NCBI GenBank assembly: GCA_023248595.1
Contig: JAHFEG010000005.1
Span: forward strand, 19,134-83,133
Source: Myxococcales bacterium
GTDB lineage: Bacteria; Myxococcota; UBA727; JABDBI01
DNA length: 64,000 bases
Direction: 5' to 3'
In this document: positions 19,601-29,629 of the stretch, piece by piece
How positions within the stretch are numbered: the stretch's first letter is position 1
Layout of the letters: each line of letters begins with the position of its first letter
Notes under the pieces: generated by a model
Seen by the model: only the letters and a program-made list of their open reading frames with translations
Told to the model about the DNA's origin: nothing
The model's database searches: none
Program-made: the position numbers and the translations under genes

Positions 19601-20501
19601 GGACCCGCTGCTTGCCGGGGACGTGACTCTTTTAGAGGCACTGATTACCAAGGAATTTAATTTTGACCGACCCCAAAAAGAATCTTATTTTGGGCATCGT
19701 TTGATCGATACGCGTCGCAAAAGTAGTAAACCGCTGCGCTTTGACATCCACATCAAAGGGGATAAAGGAATTAGGATTGAAAATAATTTTTTGAATGCTG
19801 CACTCGAGGCTGATGTTGCTTTAGTGGGAAATAAAGACAATCCTGCCTTAAAAGGAACAGTTGATACAATTTCCGGAGACGTGTTTTTTCGAAATCATCG
19901 CTATCGTTTGCAGAAAGCGAAAGTGTATTTTGATAATCTTTATCGTATTTTGCCACATGTCGATATTGAAGCTGAGGGAAGAGTGGCCGATTATGATATC
20001 TGGGCACGCTTCGAGGGAAATTTAGAAAACTTGCAATTACAATTGCAAAGCCGCCCCACTCTGCCAGAGGTTGACATATTAAGTTTGATGACGATGGGCT
20101 TTACGAATCGCGAAGTAAAAGACACCATGAAAACAGCACAGGCGGCAAGCCTGGAAGTGCTTTCCATGTATTCTGGGATTGGCCAATCGGTAGCAAGTCT
20201 CTTTCCCCGGCAATCAGAAAAGAGTGGAATCTATGTTGATGATTTAAGATTAACATCTCTTTTTTCTCATCGGGGTGGAGTGAGTTTGCCTGCGCTGATG
20301 GTAGGTGTCAATATTTGGAATGGAATGAAGCTGAAATTGCAAAGTGCTTTAGTTGAAAATGAAGATGGAAACAGGGAACAATGGCTTTTATTGGAGCATC
20401 GTTTAAGTCGAAACATGAGATGGCGTTTGTCATGGAACTCCGAGGGGCAGTCCAATTATGGCGATGCTGGCGTGGATTTATGGTACCGTTTGGAGCTGTG
20501 A
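16671..20501 (+). CDS. tamB: TamB-like translocation and assembly module protein (DUF490 C-terminus)
   Basis: 1276 aa, N-terminal TM anchor, beta-rich body. C-terminus WRLSWNSEG...GVDLWYRLEL is typical of TamB/DUF490. Non-ATG start overlaps the secG end. Confidence 0.8.
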   Translation: MGRHLKQYRLGIKVCKIAGLSFVGCVLCLLVLLLLAGTQIVTGTLNHFSDRLKKEFGLLLTFKEVHVKNLLNVSVDSLFVSSVDQKIVVHVKTVNAKLSLLDFFYKKIPIRSLELDEPSLFVQMSDKSLFAFPKKLARLPDIRVKDGRVHLYNGDKELSLSGITARCDSSYKKHQIQLSISDTFIGQGSDYYGLNEFRADISLYGKNLLLPDSIKVETLLVKAPEFHAEMTGQVHRRHPQIGWQFEGKVRVLDVNINEIRVPALTGELIANQHYLEMQHVEVDMAATKVNAALRVEWENEIPFALQIEAHGISLYDLLAELDIQKAWTELGIDLDAQATGHFLPQFHLHGKAKGSAYDLVVTNGPARGSKRPETILQTSHPIEFATQIEVDKNAFRFYDMLFNDGLSKGSLNCFLFFDAHKGLSLQGKMGQVDFASVSYNIADNHYEGIGRTDLNVSGPYENLKITGHIDVEGLLFENFDLGRLAGEAKYQNNYLSFTIDEAKIKNSQYRGTLGFAFDSIMRMDLFVDLNQIYMQDLRHIIPNQQSNLLYPVRDMPWKGAVVGHVQLTGPIEKAYRHRLLGSGEIDIIPNHEWFGGTLNEGKLKFHLDDESIYVDHLELASDMAILNGGGKLQKRRGELQANISVIQLDLDWLPLSYFEDIGLKGKVNLTAEVGGKIHNILLNANLHASNIETEQVHIGDADLSLSLRQNQLFLQGPIFSTKGYAYLQLDLKKNFPFSGNIRFQYTSLDEILTKAQWPDKLRGFAGAEIAFAGKANALAQTTGSINLYPVAITYGNFKLISSGAVLAQFKGPNFEIERWVMQTSHGDSFRIKGHLSLDKLDLRIHAQGDLWMVPFLDERIEMAYGDFFIDAGLSGNIYNPLFTGQWHVENASISARDYAYVIENIGLSGKFDKHKLYVDSLRGFIKDGSFEGEGTVILKQYWPYEYNMNLKFVEIPVLSPWITGSTSGKLQLKGLAEDPLLAGDVTLLEALITKEFNFDRPQKESYFGHRLIDTRRKSSKPLRFDIHIKGDKGIRIENNFLNAALEADVALVGNKDNPALKGTVDTISGDVFFRNHRYRLQKAKVYFDNLYRILPHVDIEAEGRVADYDIWARFEGNLENLQLQLQSRPTLPEVDILSLMTMGFTNREVKDTMKTAQAASLEVLSMYSGIGQSVASLFPRQSEKSGIYVDDLRLTSLFSHRGGVSLPALMVGVNIWNGMKLKLQSALVENEDGNREQWLLLEHRLSRNMRWRLSWNSEGQSNYGDAGVDLWYRLEL

Positions 20502-22879
20502 AATTTTGTTTTTTGATGCTCGTGTATTGTGTTTTTACAAGTGCAATATTAGCCCGTCCTGTTTTTGATGATAATCGATTTGAAAAAAGAGCTATCCCTC
20601 AGAGTGTCGAGGAAAATAGATATCATATTCAAGTTATTGGAAATTATTTTTTTACTGCCAATGTCATCAAAGAAGGTATTTGGGAGCGAATTGAAAAGAG
20701 CGGTTTTTCCCAAAGGATGTCAGAGCAACTCGTTTATCAGTTGAAATTGATTTATCGCCAAGCCGGTTTTGAAAAAGTTGATATTCAAATCAAAGAGATA
20801 AAAAACAATAATTTGCTGGTGGTTATCCAAGAAGGAAAGCAAGTATTAGTGGATGGAATTGAAGTGCAGGGCGGGTATTTTTTTTCCAGTGCTGCGCTTG
20901 CTTTGCGTGTACATGATTTCATAAAAGAGCGCCTTAAGAATAGGGAAAAAAGCACTTTTGATAAGGGTGATCTTGATGAATTGCTGACAGGTGCCAATCC
21001 GCATAATCATCAAAAAACAGTGCGGCTTTTTGAAGGAACATCAATTATTGGCAAATCCTGGTTACCGTATGATGCTAATTTATTTGCGGAAGTCAAAACG
21101 TATTTACGCGATATCTATTATGAATCTGGATTTCTGGATGCACAGGTATTTGGTCCTAAAGTAGCCTACGCTCCCTCCGAATATTTTGTTAACGTCAACT
21201 ATCGTATTGTGGAAGGCGCTCAAATCGTTGTTCATCAAATTGATTTTTGCGGCAATATCCCAATTTCTTTAACGCAATTAGTAAAAAACTCTCCGGTCAA
21301 AATTGGGGATCCGCTGAATGGAGAAAAAGTTGAAAACTTCCGTGCGGCACTAGAAGAAGCACTTTTGAATCAAGGTTATCCTTTTGCAAAAGTGGAAAGT
21401 AAAATTGAATTCCAAGCAAATGAATTGAGTGCAGACATTATTTATTTGGCAAAAGTTGGTCAAAAAATAGAAATTAGCACCATCGAAATCGAGGGCAATG
21501 CTCTAACGAAAGATGAAGTTGTTTTCCGTCGGATTTCTATTCATCCCGGTGAATTGTTTTCCTTGAAAAAAATAAGTGAAAGCCGTTCTGAACTTTTGCA
21601 AACCGATTTGTTTGATGATGTTGCTCTTTATCTGGATCCAAATGACAGTGAAAGTAGTAAGCGGAAATTAATTGTGAAAGTGAAAGAAAGAGGACTGACA
21701 ACGTTTGAGTTTGGCGCAGGTGCTTCTTTGGTTGATGGGCCACGTGTCATGGGAATTGTTCATCAACGTAATTTGGCTGGGCTTGGCATCAATTTTTATG
21801 CGCGATTGCAGCTTAATTATCCTGCACTTTTTTACAACATGCCTTTTTTCTATTCTGAACAAGTTGCTTTGGCTCTTGAAAATCGTTTTGATCATGTTGA
21901 CTCATGGATGAGACCTTTTTTGTACACAGAAGGGAAATTATTGCTCGGATTCGGATATCCAAAGATGCTTAATTTTCCGTATGATGCCGATGGAGCAATT
22001 GACTTAAGTGTGATGCGCGAAATTCGTCCTGCATACAATGCAAATAAATTGGCTCTGCAATTAAGTATAACAACGCGTTTAGCGCCTTGGCTTCATATGA
22101 GTCCGCAAGCAGAAATTGAATATGCTAATTTTGATTGTCCTACCGGAACAAATTTGGGCCAGGGTTGCGGCGATCGCTCGCTGGGAAGCATCTATCGACT
22201 AGATAGGGGAATCGTAAACCAATTAACGCTCAAATTATTAACCCTTGTTGATAAGCGTGATAGTCCGATTAAACCCCGTCATGGTTATTCTTTTGAAATG
22301 AATGTGGACTTTGGTATTGGCAGTGGAGATTTGACAAGTCAGGAGCAAGCACAAGCCAGTCAAAAAATGGCGATCGGTTATGTTAAAATCATGGCGGGTC
22401 TGAATACGTATATCCCTTTGGTCTACCGTTTTGTTTGGAGTTTTAGTGCGAAGTTAGGCAGTATTAATAATTTGATGCCAAATGGGTACATCCCCTTATT
22501 TAAACGGTTCTATTTAGGTGGTACGAGCACCGTAAGAGGTTTTTTTGAGGATCAAATTTTACCTGCTGATTCTGTTTCGCAAGGGAATTCTGTTTTAAGT
22601 TTGGGTGGTCATTTCTTTGCTTTGATGCGCAACGAAATCCGCTTTCCTATTTATCAAGAGCTTGAAGGTGCGGTATTCCTGGATACAGGTGAGTTATTAG
22701 GGGATCTTAACAATTGGTCATTTGGCGATATTAGTATTGGATGCGGTGTGGGTCTTCGCTATCAAACACCGATTGGCCCTCTTTTATTTGATTTAGGTGT
22801 GCGCGTGTTAGATAAAAATCAAGCATTAACTTCTCGTTTTTGGGAACTTTTAGGCTTGCACTTTGCAGTTGGATATTAA
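20480..22879 (+). CDS. bamA: Omp85-family outer membrane protein assembly factor (BamA-size, POTRA domains plus beta-barrel)
   Basis: About 800 aa with a signal peptide from MVPFGAVKFCFLMLVYCVFTSAILA. Has the FYLGG.STVRGF motif and a C-terminal beta-signal ending ...HFAVGY. Overlaps the tamB stop by 22 nt. Confidence 0.8.
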   Translation: MVPFGAVKFCFLMLVYCVFTSAILARPVFDDNRFEKRAIPQSVEENRYHIQVIGNYFFTANVIKEGIWERIEKSGFSQRMSEQLVYQLKLIYRQAGFEKVDIQIKEIKNNNLLVVIQEGKQVLVDGIEVQGGYFFSSAALALRVHDFIKERLKNREKSTFDKGDLDELLTGANPHNHQKTVRLFEGTSIIGKSWLPYDANLFAEVKTYLRDIYYESGFLDAQVFGPKVAYAPSEYFVNVNYRIVEGAQIVVHQIDFCGNIPISLTQLVKNSPVKIGDPLNGEKVENFRAALEEALLNQGYPFAKVESKIEFQANELSADIIYLAKVGQKIEISTIEIEGNALTKDEVVFRRISIHPGELFSLKKISESRSELLQTDLFDDVALYLDPNDSESSKRKLIVKVKERGLTTFEFGAGASLVDGPRVMGIVHQRNLAGLGINFYARLQLNYPALFYNMPFFYSEQVALALENRFDHVDSWMRPFLYTEGKLLLGFGYPKMLNFPYDADGAIDLSVMREIRPAYNANKLALQLSITTRLAPWLHMSPQAEIEYANFDCPTGTNLGQGCGDRSLGSIYRLDRGIVNQLTLKLLTLVDKRDSPIKPRHGYSFEMNVDFGIGSGDLTSQEQAQASQKMAIGYVKIMAGLNTYIPLVYRFVWSFSAKLGSINNLMPNGYIPLFKRFYLGGTSTVRGFFEDQILPADSVSQGNSVLSLGGHFFALMRNEIRFPIYQELEGAVFLDTGELLGDLNNWSFGDISIGCGVGLRYQTPIGPLLFDLGVRVLDKNQALTSRFWELLGLHFAVGY

Positions 22880-22914
22880 ACTGCTACATAGCGCTTTGGA
22901 GATTTACATCAGTG

Positions 22915-24150
22915 ATGAAATCAGTATTAATTCGATGCAGCGTGTTGTCTTTTATGGGTTTATTATCGCTGTCATGTGCGACGCCCTATGGTGATGGGCA
23001 ATTAAAATATAAAGGGCGTACTAATTACTTGTTACAGTTTGCAAAACCTTTAACGCCACAGCGTATATCAGATGTTTATGATCACACTATTGTTAAGAGC
23101 TACCGGGTTAAGTCAGACTGCCAGCCATTTTGTCCCCAAGTAGATGCTTGGCAATATCAATTTAGGGGATCAGACGGGGAACTGATTGTTGGCAGCAAGC
23201 CGATTTCTTCTAAAAAAAAATACTGGAAAAATGAACATGAAGCACGTATTTTGGTGGTTTCATTATTTGGGAAAAATCCAATATACCTCAAAGGGATGTT
23301 AGATTTTTTTGAAAGTTTGCGTTTTCTAAAAGAGGTAAACCATATTCAAGATCCAGTTTGGGGATATGAAACATTTACTTTTCGCGTTTATGTTCCTAGG
23401 CGAAACCCTAAGCGATTAGCATTCCTTGGAGAAATTGGGGGCGCCTTGCCAGAGAGCTATGTGAAACAGCTTTTAGAATTAGGGTGCGAAATTGTTTACG
23501 TTGATAATGCTCAGAAGAATGTTAAACTAGACGCTACATTCTGGAGATTCTTGATTGCAGCAGAAGAAATGCCAGAAGGAGAAAAAATACGCTACTTGGT
23601 TCGCGATGCCGATTGGAAGCTGACAGCTGGGGAGGCTTTTGCTGTAGGAGAATGGATAGATAGCAACATTCGCTTTCATCGTATGAATTTGAATGGTGCG
23701 TGTATTGCACCAGTTACTGCTTCTTTATGGGGCGGTTTTCATGTTGGCAAAGAAAGCCTTTTTGATGATTTGCATACTTTTATCGAGTCCTATCCCTATC
23801 GGTTAGAATACGGCGACGATGAGCTTTTTATTAGAGATATTATTTGGCCTCGTATGAAATATAGTGGTTCTGTTTTGACGCATTATGACCTTTCGGGTTG
23901 GAAAACTTGGTTTGGAAATCCTTTTGTGGGTAGCTGCGAACAACCAACACAGAAATACTGTGATGCCATCAAGCCAGGAGGAGTTTGTGAAGATCGTTTG
24001 CTCCCTGATGACGTGATTTTTCCGGCTGTGGCGTTAGGTATGCGTGCCACTTTGGATGAATTAAAAGCAGATCCAACTTATTTTGATATGCATCTTGAAA
24101 CGGAAAGAGGCAAGCGTGTCAGAAAAGCTTTGTCTGTAGACCATAAATGA
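22915..24150 (+). CDS. lipoprotein with a possible DXD (GT-A-like) glycosyltransferase domain
   Basis: Lipobox LLSLSC. SLFGKNPIYLKG and YLVRDADWKL segments recall a poorly characterised glycosyltransferase-like family. This assignment is from memory only. Confidence 0.55.
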   Translation: MKSVLIRCSVLSFMGLLSLSCATPYGDGQLKYKGRTNYLLQFAKPLTPQRISDVYDHTIVKSYRVKSDCQPFCPQVDAWQYQFRGSDGELIVGSKPISSKKKYWKNEHEARILVVSLFGKNPIYLKGMLDFFESLRFLKEVNHIQDPVWGYETFTFRVYVPRRNPKRLAFLGEIGGALPESYVKQLLELGCEIVYVDNAQKNVKLDATFWRFLIAAEEMPEGEKIRYLVRDADWKLTAGEAFAVGEWIDSNIRFHRMNLNGACIAPVTASLWGGFHVGKESLFDDLHTFIESYPYRLEYGDDELFIRDIIWPRMKYSGSVLTHYDLSGWKTWFGNPFVGSCEQPTQKYCDAIKPGGVCEDRLLPDDVIFPAVALGMRATLDELKADPTYFDMHLETERGKRVRKALSVDHK

Positions 24151-24249
24151 TTTATGGTCCAAGCCCGATAAGAATCTAATTTTGTGTATTGACCGTCATG
24201 CGGCCTTATCGTAGCCTCACCTTCTTTTCATTATTAAGGAGCCTCATTC

Positions 24250-26898
24250 ATGGCGGACACTCTTCCTCCTGGGCAGTTACCTGTTGGTGTCGACGACAGT
24301 AATAAAAAACACATATTGACAGTCAGTATTACCGAAGAGCTTCGGTCTTCTTTCCGCGATTATTCAATGAGCGTAATTGTCGGTCGTGCTTTGCCTGATA
24401 TTCGCGATGGTTTAAAACCAGTTCATCGCCGTATTTTATATGCCATGTATAAAGAAGGTTTATTATCTTCTAAAAAGTTTAGTAAATGCGCCGGCGTGGT
24501 TGGAGAAGTTCTCAAAAAATATCACCCTCATGGCGATAGTCCTGTTTATGAAGCCTTAGTGCGTATGGCGCAGCCTTGGAATATGCGCGAATTGCTCATT
24601 GAAGGGCAAGGTAATTTTGGTAGCGTCGACGGCGATCCTGCAGCTGCTTATCGTTATACTGAAGCACGCTTAACTAAACTTGCTGAAGAATTGCTGCGTG
24701 ATATTGAAAAAAACACGGTTGATTTTACACCTAACTTCGACGGAACCGTCGATGAACCGATGGTGTTGCCTTCCAGAGTTCCCAATCTGCTAGTCAATGG
24801 TTCCGAAGGTATTGCTGTCGCTATGGCCACACGTTGCCCGCCTCACAACTTGGGAGAAGTTGTGACTGCATTGCTGGCAATTATTGAAGAACTATACGAA
24901 GAAGGTCCAGTCATAGACGATAAGGCTTTGCTGCAAATGGTTCCTGGTCCTGATTTTCCAACAGGTGGTATGATTTGCGGTACCAGTGGTTGCTCGCAAG
25001 CTATTTTGACAGGTCGAGGTTCAGTTCCAGTGCGTGGTCGCGCAGTTGTTGAGCAGAATGCTAAGACCAAACGTGAGCAAATTGTTATCGATGAAATTCC
25101 ATTTCAGGTCAACAAAGCCCGACTCCTCGAACGCATTGCGGAATTGGTGCAAGACAAACGAATCGACGGTATTACCGATATTCGTGACGAGTCTGATCGT
25201 GATGGCATGCGTATTGCCATTGATTTAAGACGCGACGCTATGGGCGAAGTTATTTTAAACCAACTTTACCAATTAACGCCGCTGCAATCATCGTATCCTG
25301 TAAACATGTTATCGATTTTACACGGTCAGCCCAAAGTGCTCGGACTTCGTGACATTTTGGTTGAGTTTATTGCTTTTAGGCGTGAAGTCGTGACCAGACG
25401 TACACGCTATGAACTTGAAGAAGCGCAAAAGCGATTCCATATTCTAGCAGGGCTCATGACTGCTTTAGATGATATTGATCGCGTGATTGAGATTATTCGT
25501 TCTTCTTCCAATACCGAAGAAGCAAAAAATAAATTGATTGAGGAAAAATTTATACACGCAATTCAGATTGCGCTTTTTGCTCAAATACCAACGACGCAGA
25601 TTGGACAGTGGCTAAAGCAAGGACATGCTCAACTAGACGAAACCCAGGCTAGCGCGATTTTGGAAATGCGCTTGTCCCGTTTGGTTGGTCTTGAGCGTGA
25701 AAAATTAATCCATGAAGGCCAAGAATTATTAGTGCTGATTACGCGCTTGCAGGAAATTTTAGGAAATCTGAAAGTTTTGATGGGAGTTATCAAAAATGAG
25801 CTTCTGGATATCAGAACTCAATTTGCGACGCCACGCAGAACACAGATAATTGGCCATGTCGGCAATCTGACAGATGAAGATTTGATTCCCGAAGAAGATA
25901 TGCTCGTGACAGTTTCTCATATGGGTTACATCAAACGCGCGCCGTTATCTAACTACCGTGCACAAAGACGGGGTGGTAAAGGTAAACAAGCTGTTGTGGC
26001 CAGAGAAGAAGATTTCATTCGAGATGCCTTCGTTGCTTCGACACATGCATACTTGTTGACGTTTACAAGTCTAGGCAAAGTATTTTGGCTAAAGGTTCAC
26101 GAAGTTCCACAAGCAGGACCGCAGTCGAAGGGACGTCCTATTGTTAACTTGGTGCAGTTGGCAGAAAACGAAAAAGTCCGAGCGATTTTATCGGTACGGC
26201 ATTTTCCAGAGAAAGAAGAAGAAAGATTTGTGGTCACCGCCACTCGTCGTGGAAAAGTCAAGAAAACTGATTTGTTGGCATATTCGAATCCGCGTTCCAA
26301 TGGACTGATTGCTTGCGGCATTGAAGAAGGTGATGAGTTGGTCAGTGTTCGCATTACCAACGGTAAACAAGATTTGCTTTTGTCGACCAAAGATGGCATG
26401 GCGATTCGCTTCTCTGAGGAAGATGCGCGACCAATTGGGCGGCAATCTGTAGGAGTTCGCGGAATCAGTTTGCGTGAAGGCGACGCTGTGGTGAGTATGG
26501 ATATTCTTAACGAAAATACCAGCATGCTGACTGTTACCGAGTATGGCTACGGCAAACGCACGAGCATCGATGAGTATCGTAGACAATCTCGTGGTGGCGT
26601 AGGGTTGATCACCATCAAAACGGACGAACGTAATGGCGGCGTGGCAGACGCTGTGCAAGTTCTAGAAACCGATACTGTCATGATTATTACCGATGCAGGC
26701 ACATTGATTCGACTGCAAGCAAGCGAAGTATCGCAAATCGGACGTAACACCAAAGGTGTGCGCTTGATTTCGGTTGATCGTAAGGCTAAAGAACGTGTTA
26801 TCGCCGTGGAACGTATTGCGGAAGAGGAAGCGGAGGCTGGCGCTGAAGCCGGAGTTGAAGCTGAAGCTGAAGGTTCAGAAGAGCCAGCAGCAGAATAA
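24250..26898 (+). CDS. gyrA: DNA gyrase subunit A
   Basis: HPHGD, catalytic region [12 protein letters not shown]-terminal beta-pinwheel repeats and an acidic tail. Confidence 0.97.
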   Translation: MADTLPPGQLPVGVDDSNKKHILTVSITEELRSSFRDYSMSVIVGRALPDIRDGLKPVHRRILYAMYKEGLLSSKKFSKCAGVVGEVLKKYHPHGDSPVYEALVRMAQPWNMRELLIEGQGNFGSVDGDPAAAYRYTEARLTKLAEELLRDIEKNTVDFTPNFDGTVDEPMVLPSRVPNLLVNGSEGIAVAMATRCPPHNLGEVVTALLAIIEELYEEGPVIDDKALLQMVPGPDFPTGGMICGTSGCSQAILTGRGSVPVRGRAVVEQNAKTKREQIVIDEIPFQVNKARLLERIAELVQDKRIDGITDIRDESDRDGMRIAIDLRRDAMGEVILNQLYQLTPLQSSYPVNMLSILHGQPKVLGLRDILVEFIAFRREVVTRRTRYELEEAQKRFHILAGLMTALDDIDRVIEIIRSSSNTEEAKNKLIEEKFIHAIQIALFAQIPTTQIGQWLKQGHAQLDETQASAILEMRLSRLVGLEREKLIHEGQELLVLITRLQEILGNLKVLMGVIKNELLDIRTQFATPRRTQIIGHVGNLTDEDLIPEEDMLVTVSHMGYIKRAPLSNYRAQRRGGKGKQAVVAREEDFIRDAFVASTHAYLLTFTSLGKVFWLKVHEVPQAGPQSKGRPIVNLVQLAENEKVRAILSVRHFPEKEEERFVVTATRRGKVKKTDLLAYSNPRSNGLIACGIEEGDELVSVRITNGKQDLLLSTKDGMAIRFSEEDARPIGRQSVGVRGISLREGDAVVSMDILNENTSMLTVTEYGYGKRTSIDEYRRQSRGGVGLITIKTDERNGGVADAVQVLETDTVMIITDAGTLIRLQASEVSQIGRNTKGVRLISVDRKAKERVIAVERIAEEEAEAGAEAGVEAEAEGSEEPAAE

Positions 26899-26907
26899 TT
26901 GTTGGTT

Positions 26908-28107
26908 TTAGTCCACTTCATAACCTGCATAGAGTACTTTTTGTCTAGCCGACTCAAAGTGTTTTCGATCTTTCTCTATGTGGGCCATGATGGCATCTGT
27001 TGTGGCATTGGCTTCTAACATTTTTCTACAAACATTATCGCCAAAGAGTAAATCGATAGCTAACCGATCAGAAACAAATTCGTAAGCCTCGGTGCGCCAA
27101 GCAAAACCATCGAATTGGTAAGCTGCCCACAAAATTGCGACGGCTGTTTTAAGGGGTAAAAAGGCCTCTCGATCAGTGATATGAATTTGCAGACCTCCGC
27201 ATAATTTCCCTGCATGTTTATCGGACAGCGGCGTGAACCAGCAAGGCCGCAGAATTGTGCCAGGTAAATGACAGCTTTGAGCCAGGTCTACCAAGCGATC
27301 GGGATCTGTAATGTAGGAGGCACCAAGTATTTCAAAAGGTCTTGTTGTGCCTCGACCTTCGGAAAGGTTGGTACCTTCCAAAAGACAGGTGCCTGGATAA
27401 ACGAGTGCAGTTGTTTCCGTGGCCATGTTAGGTGAGGGCAAAATCCAAGGAAGTTTTGTGTCTGAAAAATAAAAATTTCTTTTCCAATTTTCCATCCAGA
27501 CTACTTCTAAGTCGCAGATGTTTTTATCGAATGCTTTGAAAAAATATGCGAGCTCTCCGAGGGTGAGCCCATGGCGATTGGCCAGTGGATATTCTCCGAC
27601 GAAAGAAATAAATTCAGGCAATACTTCGTTGCCTTCGACGCTTAAGCCCCCGATGGGATTTGGGCGATCAAGGACCATGCAGGAGATACCAGCCTTTTGG
27701 CAACTTTGCATGGCAAAAGCGATGGTGTAAGCGAAGGTATAATAGCGACTACCGATGTCCTGCAAGTCGCAAACCAGGACATCCAGATCTTCTAAATATT
27801 CGGGTTTGATAAAAAGACTGTCTTTAGAGTGGCCATAGAGACTGATGATGGGAAGTTTGCTTTTAGGATCGATAAGGGTATCGACAGCTTCCATGTAGTG
27901 GGCATTGCCAAAAAATCCATGCTCAGCTCCAAAAAGACTGACCACGTTGATGCCATGTTCCAGGCAGAGCGTAAGGATGTGGCGTAGACGATGATCAACG
28001 CTGCTGGGGTGACCAAGCAAGCCAACGCGTTTACCTTGCAGACGTTTAAAATTAGAAGCAACTAAAACATCAAGTCCGGTTTTGACGATTGGTAATTGTT
28101 CAGGCAT
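26908..28107 (-). CDS. DUF1343 family protein (exo-beta-N-acetylmuramidase NamZ-like)
   Basis: GLDVL...RVGLLGHPSSV is an N-terminal DUF1343 pattern. Start chosen at the ATG preceded by GAGGAG; the ORF extends to 28146. Confidence 0.75.
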   Translation of the reverse strand: MPEQLPIVKTGLDVLVASNFKRLQGKRVGLLGHPSSVDHRLRHILTLCLEHGINVVSLFGAEHGFFGNAHYMEAVDTLIDPKSKLPIISLYGHSKDSLFIKPEYLEDLDVLVCDLQDIGSRYYTFAYTIAFAMQSCQKAGISCMVLDRPNPIGGLSVEGNEVLPEFISFVGEYPLANRHGLTLGELAYFFKAFDKNICDLEVVWMENWKRNFYFSDTKLPWILPSPNMATETTALVYPGTCLLEGTNLSEGRGTTRPFEILGASYITDPDRLVDLAQSCHLPGTILRPCWFTPLSDKHAGKLCGGLQIHITDREAFLPLKTAVAILWAAYQFDGFAWRTEAYEFVSDRLAIDLLFGDNVCRKMLEANATTDAIMAHIEKDRKHFESARQKVLYAGYEVD

Positions 28108-28188
28108 GCTGCGCTCCTCATGATGACCATCGATCACTTCACCCATTTTTGGGATTTATCCTGCCAAAGTGTGCGTGTGCATTCTTTT

Positions 28189-28896
28189 ATGCAATATAGA
28201 AACTTGCCGCAAAAAAGCAAGGATTCGGGACTTGTTTTTATCGAAGTAGATGTAGGAAAGAAAATCGCTCTGGAAATGAGTTCGGCGATTCCTATTTTTT
28301 CTTGGGGCATTGTTCCTTCTGAAAATTTTGAATGGACGACCGCAAATTGTCAGCAAGTTGTATCGGTTTATGAAAAATACGCCGAGGCTGCCCAAAAAGC
28401 AGGTTATCAAATTGCGGTTTTGAGTGCAGATGAAGATGGCCTATTGCATCAGTTGCTTTCACCGCGTTTTCATCAAAATTTATCTTTTCAATCTCGTCTG
28501 GAAATTATGCTAAGGTTAATTCAAGCCATCCAGAAATGGATTCCCCGTGTTGGTGTCGCTTTAACGGTTGAAGAACTTTGTCCAGGTGGACTTGATGCCA
28601 CTGATGGTATTGAAATTGCCTTGGCCATGGAAGCGGCTGGAGTGGCATTTATTTTAGCAAACGCGGGGACACGTGATTTTCCGGCGCTCAAAAATCGCAG
28701 GCCAACCAAACTTAAAAATGAAGAAGCCAATTTACCGGATAATCAGGAAGTGAATTTGGCAAGTAGTTTGTGGTTAGTGGGCCGTGTAACCATTCCTGTT
28801 TTTGCGCAAAGCGATCGTGTTTTTGTCGATGACATCGCTGGTATTGCTAAGGAATGTGGACTTGCAGGAATCGTAAGTATGAGTGAGCTAATATGA
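28189..28896 (+). CDS. degenerate Old Yellow Enzyme-like TIM-barrel fragment protein
   Basis: Resembles the central and C-terminal part of NADH:flavin oxidoreductases (AAQKAGYQIAVL...LSPRFHQ...RLEIMLRLIQAIQ...GVALTVEE). The HxxHGYL catalytic stretch is replaced by SADEDGLL. Confidence 0.5.
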   Translation: MQYRNLPQKSKDSGLVFIEVDVGKKIALEMSSAIPIFSWGIVPSENFEWTTANCQQVVSVYEKYAEAAQKAGYQIAVLSADEDGLLHQLLSPRFHQNLSFQSRLEIMLRLIQAIQKWIPRVGVALTVEELCPGGLDATDGIEIALAMEAAGVAFILANAGTRDFPALKNRRPTKLKNEEANLPDNQEVNLASSLWLVGRVTIPVFAQSDRVFVDDIAGIAKECGLAGIVSMSELI

Positions 28897-29606
28897 TTGC
28901 GTTAACAGGACGGGTTTTAGAAGGCGTTTTTTTACGTCGTTACAAGCGTTTTTTCGCAGATGTGCGCTTGAACGATGGCACGGAAATTGTGGCGCATACG
29001 CCAAATACCGGCAGCATGAAAGGGCTGTGTGACGAAGGGAATTTGTGTTTGGTCACCTATCAGCCTTCACCCACACGAAAACTGCATTATACTTTGCAGG
29101 CCATCAAAGTGAAAAATGCTTGGGTTGGTTGCAACACTAGTTTGCCAAATCCGCTGGTGGCATATGCCATCCAAAATAAACAGATTCCGCAACTATTGGG
29201 CTATCAGAAAATCCGCCGCGAAGTTCCTTATGGGCCAGACAATCGCTCAAGGATTGATTTGCTTTTAACTGACCACGAGGACAATAAGCCTGATGTCTTT
29301 GTGGAAGTGAAGAATGTGACTTTAAAAGAAGGGGATTTGGCGCTTTTTCCCGATGCCGTGACCAGCAGAGGCCAAAAGCATTTGTTTGAATTAATCAATG
29401 AAGTCAAAGCGGGGCATCGTGCGGTCATGAATTTTCTGGTGCAGCGAGAAGATTGCACTGGTTTTTCACCAGCAGAGAAGATTGATCCAGATTATGCCAA
29501 AGCTTTGATTCTCGCACGCGACGCCGGCGTTGAGCTGTTGTGTTTAACGGCTCGGATTGATAAGATGGGTGTCCAAATCGTTGGAGAGTTGCCGATCTAC
29601 CTTTAA
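28893..29606 (+). CDS. sfsA: sugar fermentation stimulation protein SfsA (DNA/RNA nuclease fold)
   Basis: N-terminal RYKRFFADV and FVEVKNVTL motifs. 237 aa. Confidence 0.9.
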   Translation: MIALTGRVLEGVFLRRYKRFFADVRLNDGTEIVAHTPNTGSMKGLCDEGNLCLVTYQPSPTRKLHYTLQAIKVKNAWVGCNTSLPNPLVAYAIQNKQIPQLLGYQKIRREVPYGPDNRSRIDLLLTDHEDNKPDVFVEVKNVTLKEGDLALFPDAVTSRGQKHLFELINEVKAGHRAVMNFLVQREDCTGFSPAEKIDPDYAKALILARDAGVELLCLTARIDKMGVQIVGELPIYL

Positions 29607-29629
29607 GATCAAGACGAGAAAGTCCCAAA

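Noticed and set aside
24139-24159. A perfect 9-bp inverted repeat, GACCATAAA-TGA-TTTATGGTC, over the stop codon of the lipoprotein gene.
   Set aside because: No U-tract follows it, so it is not a convincing intrinsic terminator. It may be incidental.
26815-26898. Acidic Glu/Ala-rich tail of GyrA ([25 protein letters not shown]).
   Set aside because: Acidic C-terminal tails are a known feature of some GyrA proteins, so this is not anomalous.
26097-26957. Three overlapping minus-strand ORFs (136-156 aa).
   Set aside because: All are antisense to the unambiguous gyrA C-terminal domain and have low-complexity, Ser/Ala/Arg-rich translations.
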